Shown: positions 21,892-31,388, numbered from the stretch's first letter. The stretch is 32,000 nucleotides of DNA from Nonlabens ponticola (GCF_003966335.1 NZ_CP034549.1:870001-902000), one strand, 5' to 3'. Notes: generated from the letters alone by a model not told the origin. Program-made: numbers and translations.

Positions 21892-24408
21892 TTAAAAACT
21901 GAAACCAAAACTACCCGTAATCGCAAAATTCCGAGCATCTGGTAAATCGTTGTAGTTACCTCTAAAACTAGCATCGATACGCAGTATACGGAAGATATTC
22001 CCGATGCCAAAACTGTATTCGTAGTAGATATCCTCTGGTGCTAGGTAGTCGATGTTGCTGCGATTAATTGCAACGTTATCAGCGCTTATGCTGCCATAAA
22101 CTGCCTTAAAGCCTATCAATTCTCTTAAGTCAAGGTCACGCAATCCAGGAATGCGTGAGAACAGGCGACCATTGAAGTTGTGATCTAGGTGCAGCGTCAC
22201 GTATTCATCAGTCACAAATTCATAGAAATTCATAGTATTGAACGATCCTGCAATATTGAACAACGTCTGGTTTCCAGGAACTACATTGAGCAACGCCAGC
22301 GGTACCTCGCCAAAAGTTTTTCCAGCCTCGACTCTCGCACGTAATCTACCAAATCCACCTATCTGCAATGGATGCTCATAGTAAATTTGAAACTTGTCAT
22401 AGTTGAAATCGCTATTGAGAACATCTTCTAGACCGCGCGTATAATTTGCATACAGGATAGGATATTGAAATGGATTGATGATGCTGCGATCCACACCATA
22501 ATTAGAAGTCTTGCGACCAGGTGTGTAGGTCATGGTGAGGCCTACCTCGCTTTGGTTGACTTGACTTTTTTCAACACCAGAGTCATCCAGATAATTAAGA
22601 CTAAAAAAGTCAGGATTAGCACTTTTGATCGTTCGATAGCTACCACCTAATCTAAATTCCAAATTATACAACGGCTCAAAACTAAGAGACACTGTAGATA
22701 AATTGATTGAGGAAAGCCTACCATTATTTCCCGTGCTTATCAACGCGCTTGAAGCAAGGCTGCGACCCAACACATCATCAGTGTTAGTAAGACTAGCTGC
22801 CAGTTGCTCAATATCGCGACGATTTCCAGCTTGAATGGTAAGTCTACTGCGTTTGTCAAGCAGGTACTTTCCAGATAACCCGTATTTAACCTGATCATCC
22901 CTAAATCCGTATGCGAGATAACCTTCAATTCTCCATGGGTCGTTAGGACCAAAGTAGGTGCGGCCACCACCGCGCAAGCGCAAACCTTCTACATCATTAA
23001 ATCCAAAAATTGAAAACACGGGTCCAATGTCAAAGTTGTTCACCTCGTAGTATCCAGAGGAAAGGATGGATCCTATATTGTAGATACGATTGAATTTTTT
23101 GTTCTGGCGCAAGGTGTCCAGCATCGTATAGATTTGCTTCTCGTCCTTGTTCAGTTTCTCCAGTCGGTTCTCATCCCAATATTGCTCGCTGCGGTTGTAT
23201 GTTTCTGGATCATAGTCGTTCACACGACGGCGGTAGAAATCATCAGGTTTCTTGATGTCAAATTGATACTGGTCATACAAGGTCGTACGCTTGCCGTAAA
23301 CTCCTTTACCTTCTTCCTTTTTATTAAAGGCAAAATCACTTTGGAAGTAATCACGGGTGATCAAGAACAAGCTGTCATTGAGTACTTGATATTCTTGTTC
23401 TAGGTAAATGTCCTTGACCCAATTTACGTTGGCACTTTTAGTTGCTTGCAAGTTAATTTCTTTGATAGCAAATGTGGAATCTGCTACCCAGAAATCTCCT
23501 TTAAAAGTGAGCTCACCTTTACGTCGCGGATAGTAAACTATATTAAAAGACCGCACACCATCGATGGCTGCGGTATCTCGTAGCACATAATTATAGGAAT
23601 CAATCCCAGCACGACCTATGGGACTCACAAAACTCTTGTCAAAAAACTTGATATGCCGGTCGTAGATATCGATATCGGTGTACAGATCTTTAACCAGCGC
23701 AATAAGCGTTTGATTATTGGAGAATCCAGAATTTTTATTGGCTTTAAGGACGTCCTTTTCTTTGTTCAATTTGTTGTCACCGTATACCGTTGACAAAGCT
23801 TCATTAATGAATATAGGTAGGTAGGTTTTACCGCTGGTACTACTGGTGTCGGCATAATTGAAGATAAATTCCATTCCCTCAAAAAGCCTGGAATTAATCA
23901 TGGTGCTGTCGATTGTGTTGAGATCAAATTCTAGCTTCTCGTATTTCTCATACTGGTATTGATCAAATTGGGACAAACCATTTTTTCTTCGGTTTTCCCA
24001 GATCTTTCTCAAGATGTCTAGTGCAGGATTAGTCTTTTTAGAAGTCTTACCAGAGTAAACAACCACCGCATCGAGTTGTGCCTCATCGCTTTCAAGCGTT
24101 ATCTCAAAATCTAGCGTGACTTGACTTTCTAACTTTACCAGCTTTGTCTTATAACCTATAAACGATACTTCAATGGCATCATAGCTGTTGTCAGACTGTA
24201 GGTAGAACCTACCATCATCATTGGTAATGGTTCCTTCGCTAGAATTGGGAAATACAACATTTGCAAATGGCACTGTGACACCATCTGTATCATATACAAC
24301 GCCACCTACTTTGGTCTGTGCTATCGAGATGGCAGAAATGCAAAAAGCCGCAACTAGCGAAATCGTAAGCGAAAACCTACGGTCAAATTCAATAAAGGAT
24401 ACTATCAT
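21892..24408 (-). CDS. DUF5686 outer-membrane protein with N-terminal CarboxypepD_reg-like domain
   Basis: The start is placed at the ATG giving the signal MIVSFIEFDRRFSLTISLVAAFCISAISIAQ; the track's longest ORF starts at 24483. The segment VGGVVYDTDGVTVPFANVVFPNSSEGTITNDDGRFYLQ is a typical carboxypeptidase-regulatory-like beta-sandwich. The C-terminus FAITGSFGFSF is a beta-barrel terminal-Phe signature. Confidence 0.75.
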   Translation of the reverse strand: MIVSFIEFDRRFSLTISLVAAFCISAISIAQTKVGGVVYDTDGVTVPFANVVFPNSSEGTITNDDGRFYLQSDNSYDAIEVSFIGYKTKLVKLESQVTLDFEITLESDEAQLDAVVVYSGKTSKKTNPALDILRKIWENRRKNGLSQFDQYQYEKYEKLEFDLNTIDSTMINSRLFEGMEFIFNYADTSSTSGKTYLPIFINEALSTVYGDNKLNKEKDVLKANKNSGFSNNQTLIALVKDLYTDIDIYDRHIKFFDKSFVSPIGRAGIDSYNYVLRDTAAIDGVRSFNIVYYPRRKGELTFKGDFWVADSTFAIKEINLQATKSANVNWVKDIYLEQEYQVLNDSLFLITRDYFQSDFAFNKKEEGKGVYGKRTTLYDQYQFDIKKPDDFYRRRVNDYDPETYNRSEQYWDENRLEKLNKDEKQIYTMLDTLRQNKKFNRIYNIGSILSSGYYEVNNFDIGPVFSIFGFNDVEGLRLRGGGRTYFGPNDPWRIEGYLAYGFRDDQVKYGLSGKYLLDKRSRLTIQAGNRRDIEQLAASLTNTDDVLGRSLASSALISTGNNGRLSSINLSTVSLSFEPLYNLEFRLGGSYRTIKSANPDFFSLNYLDDSGVEKSQVNQSEVGLTMTYTPGRKTSNYGVDRSIINPFQYPILYANYTRGLEDVLNSDFNYDKFQIYYEHPLQIGGFGRLRARVEAGKTFGEVPLALLNVVPGNQTLFNIAGSFNTMNFYEFVTDEYVTLHLDHNFNGRLFSRIPGLRDLDLRELIGFKAVYGSISADNVAINRSNIDYLAPEDIYYEYSFGIGNIFRILRIDASFRGNYNDLPDARNFAITGSFGFSF

Positions 24409-24522
24409 GGTGCGGTTGATACAAGTGGCGAATATATAACGACAATAATCAGGAATGGTTTTCTTTTCCATCGCTTTTTTCAATAGTAGAACTAGTGGCT
24501 ATTCAATCTGACCCTGATAAAT

Positions 24523-24554
24523 AAAAAATCCCAACTCATAAGAATTGGGATTTT
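24523..24554 (-). terminator. rho-independent terminator downstream of pdhB
   Basis: AAAATCCCAA (24525-24534) pairs with TTGGGATTTT (24545-24554) around a 10-nt loop. An A-run precedes it on the plus strand. Confidence 0.75.
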
Positions 24555-24582
24555 CAAATTTTTAAATTCTGTCAACTGTCAA

Positions 24583-25563
24583 CTACTTCCTATACATCAC
24601 CTTTTTGACGCCATCAATCACATCTTGATGATTAGGCAACCATTCTTCTAGTAATACAGGAGAGTAAGGTGCTGGCGTGTCTGCAGTGTTGATCTTATAA
24701 ATAGGAGCATCTAGGTAGTCAAAGGCTTCAGCTTGTACCATGTGTGATATTTCTGTAGATACGTTACCAAATGGCCATGCCTCTTCAAGAACCACAAGTC
24801 TGTTGGTTTTCTTGACTGATTTCAAAATCGCCTCTTTATCATAAGGACGCACGGTGCGCAGATCAATGATCTCGCATGAGATACCATCTTTTTCAAGTTC
24901 ATCGGCAGCTTTGTAGGCATCCTTGATGATTTTACCAAAGGATACGATGGTCACATCCGTTCCTTCGCGCTTGATTTCGGCTACACCTATTGGTAATGTG
25001 TACTCATCCTCTGGCACTTCACCTTTATCGCCATACATCTGCTCACTTTCCATAAAAATGACAGGATCGTCATCACGTATGGCAGCTTTCAGCAGTCCTT
25101 TGGCGTCATAAGGATTTGATGGTACAATTACTTTAAGACCTGGCGTGTTTGCAAACCAGCTTTCAAAAGCTTGTGAGTGCGTCGCTGCTAGTTGTCCAGC
25201 ACTTGCAGTTGGACCACGGAAAACGATAGGACACTTCAATTGTCCACCAGACATCTGGCGTATTTTTGCAGCGTTATTAATGATCTGGTCAATTCCCACA
25301 AGTGAGAAGTTAAAGGTCATGTATTCAACAATAGGTCTGTTCCCGGTCATGGTAGAGCCTATCGCGATACCAGCAAAACCTAACTCTGAAATAGGAGTAT
25401 CGATTACACGCTTTGCGCCAAATTCATCCAGCATCCCTTTTGATGCCTTATAGGCGCCATTATATTCTGCTACCTCTTCACCCATCAGGTAAACAGATTC
25501 ATCACGGCGCATTTCTTCACTCATGGCCTCGGCGATCGCCTCACGGAATTGTATAGTCTTCAT
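24583..25563 (-). CDS. pdhB: pyruvate (2-oxoacid) dehydrogenase E1 component, beta subunit
   Basis: FREAIAEAMSEEMRRDESVYLMGEEVAEYNGAYK and VIDTPISELGFAGIAIG are typical of the transketolase-like E1-beta. The start is set at the ATG at 25563 (MKTIQF) because the track's TTG start at 25593 is part of a TATTTTTG -7 box. Confidence 0.85.
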   Translation of the reverse strand: MKTIQFREAIAEAMSEEMRRDESVYLMGEEVAEYNGAYKASKGMLDEFGAKRVIDTPISELGFAGIAIGSTMTGNRPIVEYMTFNFSLVGIDQIINNAAKIRQMSGGQLKCPIVFRGPTASAGQLAATHSQAFESWFANTPGLKVIVPSNPYDAKGLLKAAIRDDDPVIFMESEQMYGDKGEVPEDEYTLPIGVAEIKREGTDVTIVSFGKIIKDAYKAADELEKDGISCEIIDLRTVRPYDKEAILKSVKKTNRLVVLEEAWPFGNVSTEISHMVQAEAFDYLDAPIYKINTADTPAPYSPVLLEEWLPNHQDVIDGVKKVMYRK

Positions 25564-25590
25564 AAAGTATGTACTTCTTAGAACAGTAGA

Positions 25591-25598
25591 CAAAAATA
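25591..25598 (-). promoter_or_regulatory. candidate -7 box (TATTTTTG) for pdhB
   Basis: The plus strand reads CAAAAATA at 25591-25598, 27 nt upstream of the ATG at 25563. Confidence 0.4.
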
Positions 25599-25718
25599 GG
25601 TGATAGGTAGGTAAGCGGTGAAAAAGTCTAACAAAATTTTATTATGCATGCATAGTTTATTTGGACCTTTTTCAGTAACTTCGCAAACGTTTGAAAATTG
25701 ACTAAAAGCCTATAAAAC

Positions 25719-26465
25719 ATGAAGATATTAGTATGCATCAGCCACGTGCCAGATACAACTTCAAAGATTAATTTTACAGATAACGATACTCAGTTTGACA
25801 CAAATGGAGTTCAATTTGTAATTAATCCTAATGATGAATTTGGTCTGACCAGAGCCATGTGGTTTAAAGAAAAGCAAGGTGCTAGCGTTGAGGTTGTCAC
25901 AGTAGGTGGCGCTGAGGTAGAGCCTACATTGAGAAAAGCACTTGCAATAGGAGCAGATACAGCTATAAGAGTAGATACACCAGCAGTTGATGGTTATGCC
26001 GTTGCCAAAGAGCTTGCAGATGTTGTGAAAAATGGCGGTTATGATTTAGTGATCGCTGGTCGTGAATCCATTGACTACAATGGTGGTATGGTACCAGGAA
26101 TGGTGGCTGCCATGACTGGAGCTAGTTTTGTGAACACTTGTATTTCACTTGAGATAGATGGTGATAAAGCCACAGCCGTTAGAGAAATCGATGGTGGTAA
26201 GGAAACGGTTACTGCAACTTTGCCATTGATCATAGGTGGTCAAAAAGGTCTTGTAGAAGAGAGTGACTTGAGAATTCCTAACATGCGTGGTATCATGATG
26301 GCTCGTAAAAAGCAACTGGATGTAAAACCATCAGTCAACGCAACACCAGAAACCACTACGGTAAAGTTTGAAAAGCCAGCGCCTAAAGGTGAGGTAACAC
26401 TTGTCGATGCAGATAACCTGGACAAGTTGATCGATTTGCTACACAACGAGGCAAAAGCCATCTAG
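25719..26465 (+). CDS. etfB: electron transfer flavoprotein, beta subunit
   Basis: MKILVCISHVPDTTSKI, NPNDEFGLTRA and DLVIAGRESIDYNGGMV are canonical EtfB motifs. The gene lies upstream of etfA. Confidence 0.93.
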   Translation: MKILVCISHVPDTTSKINFTDNDTQFDTNGVQFVINPNDEFGLTRAMWFKEKQGASVEVVTVGGAEVEPTLRKALAIGADTAIRVDTPAVDGYAVAKELADVVKNGGYDLVIAGRESIDYNGGMVPGMVAAMTGASFVNTCISLEIDGDKATAVREIDGGKETVTATLPLIIGGQKGLVEESDLRIPNMRGIMMARKKQLDVKPSVNATPETTTVKFEKPAPKGEVTLVDADNLDKLIDLLHNEAKAI

Positions 26466-26485
26466 TAGCAGGATTTTTTTAAAAA

Positions 26486-26524
26486 GTTAGCTTTCGCGAA
26501 AGCGTAATAATCAAAAACATCACG
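26486..26524 (+). repeat. palindromic element copy 7 (inside the etfB-etfA spacer)
   Basis: GTTAGCTTTCGCGAAAGCGTAA lies at 26486-26507, followed by the flank TAATCAAAAACATCAC. Confidence 0.85.
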
Positions 26525-26566
26525 GCAACTACCATCATTAAGTAGAGCCAATTAAATTTTAACAAC

Positions 26567-27535
26567 ATGTCAGTACTCGTATATACAGAATCAGAACAAG
26601 GGACATTTAAAAAGACAGCTTATGAAGTAGCTAGTTATGCAAAAGGCATTGCAGATATGCTAGGTACAGATGTGGCTGCCATTTCATTTCACGCTGCAGA
26701 TGCAGGTGAGCTAGGAACATATGGAGTAAGCAGACTGCACAATTGTACAGATGCTAAACTTGAGAAATTTCAAGCAGCAGCTTACGCCGATGCTATTGCT
26801 CAAGCAGCGCAAGCAGAAGATGCAAAGGTGATCGTGATTTCCAGCAGTGCAGATTCTAAATATTTAGGATCATTGTTGAGTGTACACCTAGATGCAGGTT
26901 ATGTGAGCAACGTGGTAGAATTGCCATCAAGCGCAGATCCTTTTACAGTTAAGCGCAGTGTTTTCACAAACAAAGCGTTTAGTAACACTCAAATCTCTAC
27001 AGACCGCAAACTAGTGGGTCTTTCTAAAAACGCTTACGGTTTGAAAGAAAACCCGACCGATTGTGCCGTTCAGGATTTTGCACCAACATTGAAAGATGAA
27101 GATTTCAAAGTAAATGTACAGTCAGTTGATAAAGCAACAGATAAGGTTACCATCGCAGATGCTGAGGTAGTTGTGAGCGCAGGTCGTGGTATGAAAGGTC
27201 CAGAAAACTGGCACATGATTGAAGAGTTGGCAGATGTTCTGGGAGCCGCAACAGCATGTTCCAAACCTGTGAGTGATATGGGCTGGAGACCACATGGAGA
27301 GCACGTAGGTCAAACAGGAAAGCCAGTAGCCTCAAATCTTTATATCGCTATAGGTATATCAGGAGCGATACAGCACCTTGCGGGAATCAATTCTAGTAAG
27401 GTAAAAGTGGTTATCAATACTGATCCAGAAGCACCTTTCTTTAAGGCCGCAGACTATGGTGTTGTAGGTGATGCGTTTGAAGTAGTGCCAGCATTGACTG
27501 AAAAGCTAAAGGCTTTCAAAGCGGCAAATGCTTAA
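26567..27535 (+). CDS. etfA: electron transfer flavoprotein, alpha subunit
   Basis: The C-terminal FAD-binding signature is present (VVSAGRGM, GQTGKPVASNLYIAIGISGAIQHLAGI, VVINTDPEAPFF). Confidence 0.93.
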   Translation: MSVLVYTESEQGTFKKTAYEVASYAKGIADMLGTDVAAISFHAADAGELGTYGVSRLHNCTDAKLEKFQAAAYADAIAQAAQAEDAKVIVISSSADSKYLGSLLSVHLDAGYVSNVVELPSSADPFTVKRSVFTNKAFSNTQISTDRKLVGLSKNAYGLKENPTDCAVQDFAPTLKDEDFKVNVQSVDKATDKVTIADAEVVVSAGRGMKGPENWHMIEELADVLGAATACSKPVSDMGWRPHGEHVGQTGKPVASNLYIAIGISGAIQHLAGINSSKVKVVINTDPEAPFFKAADYGVVGDAFEVVPALTEKLKAFKAANA

Positions 27536-27560
27536 TAGCTAAATAATACTTAAGTTTAAG

Positions 27561-27606
27561 GCTGTGCAATTTGAGAAAATCACTCATTTTTGCACAGCTT
27601 TTTTAT
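27561..27606 (+). terminator. rho-independent terminator downstream of etfA
   Basis: GCTGTGCA (27561-27568) pairs with TGCACAGC (27591-27598) and is followed by TTTTTTATT. The loop is large (about 22 nt), so confidence is moderate. Confidence 0.6.
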
Positions 27607-27625
27607 TCCTAGCAAATCAATGTTC

Positions 27626-28237
27626 ATGAGTCTAAAAAGACTGCACATAAGAGGTATTTCATACAGCCAGACACAAAATGGTGCTTATGCGCTTATACTT
27701 AAAGAATCTGGTGGTGATCGTCAATTACCTATTGTAATTGGCGCATTTGAAGCTCAAAGTATTGCCATTGCTCTTGAAAAAGAGATCAGTCCACCTAGAC
27801 CGCTAACACATGATTTGTTCAAAAGTTTTGCTCAGCGATACGCAATCGTGGTAAAACAGGTCATTATTCATAAACTGGTAGATGGTGTTTTCTACAGCAG
27901 TTTGATTTGTGAAAAAGACAAAATCGAGGAAATTATTGATGCGCGCACCAGCGATGCCATCGCACTTGCCGTTCGATTTAAAGCGCCCGTTTTTACGTAT
28001 GAAAATATTTTAGACGAGGCTGGAATACAACAACACATCACTGCAGATAAAGAGTTGAGTGATCCAGATGAGGACAGCGATGACATTATTGAGGAATTGA
28101 TCAACACACCAATCACAGATAAAGAGGACTACTCAAAACTGTCCATGACTGAGCTGCAAAAGATGCTGAAGGAAGCAGTGAATAACGAGAATTATGAACT
28201 TGCCGCTGGCATACGAGACGAGATCTCACGTCGATAA
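27626..28237 (+). CDS. bifunctional nuclease family protein (DUF151/BFN) with C-terminal UVR motif
   Basis: LPIVIGAFEAQSIAIALEKEISPPRPLTHDLF and DARTSDAIALAVRFKAPVF match the BFN domain. The C-terminal YELAAGIRDEISRR is a UvrB/UvrC-type motif. The start could also be the ATG at 27620. Confidence 0.8.
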   Translation: MSLKRLHIRGISYSQTQNGAYALILKESGGDRQLPIVIGAFEAQSIAIALEKEISPPRPLTHDLFKSFAQRYAIVVKQVIIHKLVDGVFYSSLICEKDKIEEIIDARTSDAIALAVRFKAPVFTYENILDEAGIQQHITADKELSDPDEDSDDIIEELINTPITDKEDYSKLSMTELQKMLKEAVNNENYELAAGIRDEISRR

Positions 28238-28249
28238 CCTACTAATTAT

Positions 28250-29998
28250 ATGATTTCTAGAAAGACTGTTTGTTATCTATCGCTCATCGCGATGTTTTTA
28301 TTGACACTAACAGGTCAAGCACAAACAGATCAAGTATCACTCAACGGGTTATGGACGGTCGAACGATCAGGAACCAGCGATGATGCAGTGACCTATCAAG
28401 GAACTGCCATCGATTCAGTATCGTTTACCGATTCTAGTTTCACTTACTACCTTGCTAGCGATTCTACTGCAACTGGAAACTATTTCCTAGATGCAGATCA
28501 ATTGACATTCTACTTTGTAGAACCAGCGATGAGTGCTTCTAGATATACAATTGAAGAGTTGACGCTAGACCTACTCGTTTACGGTAACGATTCAGACCAC
28601 TTCGGTTTTACTAGAACGACCGCACCACTAGCTGCACCAACGGCAGACGCTGCTGATGGCGATTTTGCCATAGATCCTTCCAAAGGTTTCGGATTCACCT
28701 TTACGAGTTTCTACCGTGGTATGATAGGAATCATATTTATTCTAGGTCTTTGCTTTTTATTGAGCTCCAGCCGCAGGAAGATCGACTGGAAACTGGTAGG
28801 AACTGGATTGGGACTTCAAATCCTGTTTGCCGTGCTCGTATTGAAAGTTCCAGCGGTCGCTTACGTTTTTGATTTTGCGTCAGATAAAGTGGTGGATTTT
28901 TTAAATGTTTCAGAAGCTGGAGCTGAGTTTGTTTTTGGAAACTTAATCGATACCTCATCAAGTTGGGGTTATATTTTTGCCTTTAAAGTATTGCCTACCA
29001 TTGTATTTTTCAGTGCTTTTACCTCATTGCTTTATTATCTAGGTATCCTGCAAAAAGTGGTTTATGTCTTTGCTTGGGTCATGAGTAAAACCATGCGTTT
29101 GAGTGGATCTGAATCACTTGCTGCTGCAGCCAACATTTTCATAGGTCAGACTGAGGCACCACTAGTCGTCAAACCGTATCTGGATAAAATGACAAAGTCA
29201 GAGATCTTGTGTCTCATGGTAGGTGGTATGGCTACAATTGCTGGTGGCGTGCTTGCAGCTTTTATAGCATTTTTAGGTGGTGATAGCGATGCCGAGAAAA
29301 TCATCTTTACCAAACACCTGTTGACCGCATCTATTATGAGTGCGCCGGCAGCGGTAATCATTGCCAAGATGCTTTTTCCGGAAGTCAATAAGGATCAGAT
29401 CAATCGCAAGCTGGACATTTCTAAAGAAAAAATAGGTTCTAATATCCTCGATGCCGTATCTCGTGGTACCACAGATGGATTGAAACTGGCGGTCAATGTA
29501 GGAGCCATGCTACTAGTTTTTACCGCAATTATGGCGGTTCTCAATTGGATGCTGGGCGATTTGATCGGTGCACCTACAGGACTTAATGACCTCATAGCAG
29601 AAAACACTGGTGGTCGCTATCAAGCCTTTTCCATGCAGTATATTCTAGGTAATATTTTTGCACCAGTTGCCTGGTTGATTGGTGTGCCGTTGGAAGATAT
29701 CGTTGCAGTAGGTCAGCTGTTGGGTGAGAAAACTATTCTCAACGAATTCTTTGCCTATGGCTCATTGGCTACTTTAAAAAGTACAGGCGTCTTAGTTAAT
29801 TATCGTTCCATTGTTATATCCACATACGCTCTTTGCGGTTTTGCAAACTTTGCTTCCATAGGAATCCAGATAGGTGGTATAGGCGTGCTGGCACCATCAC
29901 AGCGCAAGGTTCTGGCAGGATTTGGTATAAAGGCTTTGATAGGTGGTACTTGCGCTGCACTGCTAACAGCGACTATAGCTGGAATGTTGTTTGGTTAA
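28250..29998 (+). CDS. NupC/CNT-family nucleoside transporter with a ~155-aa N-terminal extracytoplasmic extension
   Basis: Residues from about 155 to 582 show CNT hallmarks (GAEFVFG, IFIGQTEAPLVVKPY, EILCLMVGGMATIAGGVLAAF, LNEFFAY, YALCGFANFASIGIQIGG). The first ~155 aa are a signal or anchor helix followed by a soluble beta-rich segment beginning LNGLWTVE. Confidence 0.85.
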   Translation: MISRKTVCYLSLIAMFLLTLTGQAQTDQVSLNGLWTVERSGTSDDAVTYQGTAIDSVSFTDSSFTYYLASDSTATGNYFLDADQLTFYFVEPAMSASRYTIEELTLDLLVYGNDSDHFGFTRTTAPLAAPTADAADGDFAIDPSKGFGFTFTSFYRGMIGIIFILGLCFLLSSSRRKIDWKLVGTGLGLQILFAVLVLKVPAVAYVFDFASDKVVDFLNVSEAGAEFVFGNLIDTSSSWGYIFAFKVLPTIVFFSAFTSLLYYLGILQKVVYVFAWVMSKTMRLSGSESLAAAANIFIGQTEAPLVVKPYLDKMTKSEILCLMVGGMATIAGGVLAAFIAFLGGDSDAEKIIFTKHLLTASIMSAPAAVIIAKMLFPEVNKDQINRKLDISKEKIGSNILDAVSRGTTDGLKLAVNVGAMLLVFTAIMAVLNWMLGDLIGAPTGLNDLIAENTGGRYQAFSMQYILGNIFAPVAWLIGVPLEDIVAVGQLLGEKTILNEFFAYGSLATLKSTGVLVNYRSIVISTYALCGFANFASIGIQIGGIGVLAPSQRKVLAGFGIKALIGGTCAALLTATIAGMLFG

Positions 29999-30080
29999 AC
30001 TTGTGATATTTTAACAAACGTCTTAACAAAGACTTGTGATTTGAATTATCTTTGTTCAAAAATATCTCTGTAGTTGAACA

Positions 30081-30464
30081 ATGAAGCCTAACAAAACTAT
30101 TGAATATCATTTTGGAAAGGTCGAGTATTATGACCACTACGTTATAGGTCGAGTCAATCAAGATCATACGGTAGATACAGCAGTTGCCAAAGCAATCCTC
30201 ACAGATTTAAACAGCCATTATGGTAAAGAGCCATTTGTTTACATATCTAATCGCGCTTTTCATCATGACGTGGATATCTCTGTCTATAAGTTAGTCAATC
30301 CTCGCCGTATTATAGGTATTGCCATAATCACGCCTAATAGGCATGAGATCATACCAAAAGCTTCTCAAGAGCAAGCCGCTTATGAGGGTTCTTTTGGGAT
30401 ATTCCCTAATGAGGAAAGTGCAGTTTCCTGGGCTCAATCTTTTTTTGAGGACGACGATTCATAA
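30081..30464 (+). CDS. hypothetical protein (127 aa)
   Basis: This is a clean ORF with an ATG start, an acidic C-terminus and no signal peptide. I do not recognise a family. Confidence 0.6.
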   Translation: MKPNKTIEYHFGKVEYYDHYVIGRVNQDHTVDTAVAKAILTDLNSHYGKEPFVYISNRAFHHDVDISVYKLVNPRRIIGIAIITPNRHEIIPKASQEQAAYEGSFGIFPNEESAVSWAQSFFEDDDS

Positions 30465-30563
30465 TAGGCATATCTACTCACTGTTCATATTTTTATCTGC
30501 ATTGTTGATTACATTCTAGCTATAGACCTCACGCATCACCTACTAATCTTTTAAGTTTATGGT

Positions 30564-31388
30564 ATGAAGCAATACCACGACTTACTTAAACTTATACTGG
30601 AAGAAGGAAACGATAAGGGCGACCGCACAGGTACTGGTACGCGCAGTATTTTTGGCCATCAAATGCGCTTCAATCTGCAGGATGGTTTCCCGCTGGTCAC
30701 GACCAAAAAAGTGCATCTCAAGTCCATCATTTATGAGCTGCTGTGGTTGCTCAAGGGCGATACCAATGTCAAGTATTTACAAGAAAATGGCGTGCGCATC
30801 TGGAATGAGTGGGCAAATAGTGATGGCGATTTAGGACCCGTTTATGGGCACCAATGGCGCAACTGGAATAGTGAGGAAATTGACCAGATCAAGGATGTGA
30901 TCCGTACACTCAAGAATAATCCCAACAGCCGTCGCATGATGGTCACCGCGTGGAATCCCAGCGTGATGCCCGACACCAGCCAGAGTTTTGAGGCTAACGT
31001 CGCAGCAGGCAAAGCTGCCTTACCGCCATGTCATGCGTTTTTTCAGTTTTATGTAGCAAACAATAAATTGAGCTGCCAGTTATACCAGCGCAGTGCAGAT
31101 GTTTTCCTGGGCGTGCCATTCAATATTGCCAGCTATGCGCTGCTCACCATGATGATGGCGCAGGTTTGTGGCTATGAGTACGGTGATTTCATTCACTCTT
31201 TTGGCGATGTGCATATCTATGCAAACCACCACGAGCAGGTCAAGCTGCAGCTTTCAAGAGAGCCACGCACATTACCTACCATAAAGCTCAATCCAGAGAT
31301 CAAGGACTTGTTTGATTTTGATTATGAGGATTTCATGCTTGAAAATTACGATCCGCATCCTGCGATAAAGGGTAAGGTAGCTGTTTAA
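30564..31388 (+). CDS. thyA: thymidylate synthase (ThyA type)
   Basis: [24 protein letters not shown] (catalytic Cys), [21 protein letters not shown] and the terminal AV are canonical ThyA features. Confidence 0.97.
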   Translation: MKQYHDLLKLILEEGNDKGDRTGTGTRSIFGHQMRFNLQDGFPLVTTKKVHLKSIIYELLWLLKGDTNVKYLQENGVRIWNEWANSDGDLGPVYGHQWRNWNSEEIDQIKDVIRTLKNNPNSRRMMVTAWNPSVMPDTSQSFEANVAAGKAALPPCHAFFQFYVANNKLSCQLYQRSADVFLGVPFNIASYALLTMMMAQVCGYEYGDFIHSFGDVHIYANHHEQVKLQLSREPRTLPTIKLNPEIKDLFDFDYEDFMLENYDPHPAIKGKVAV

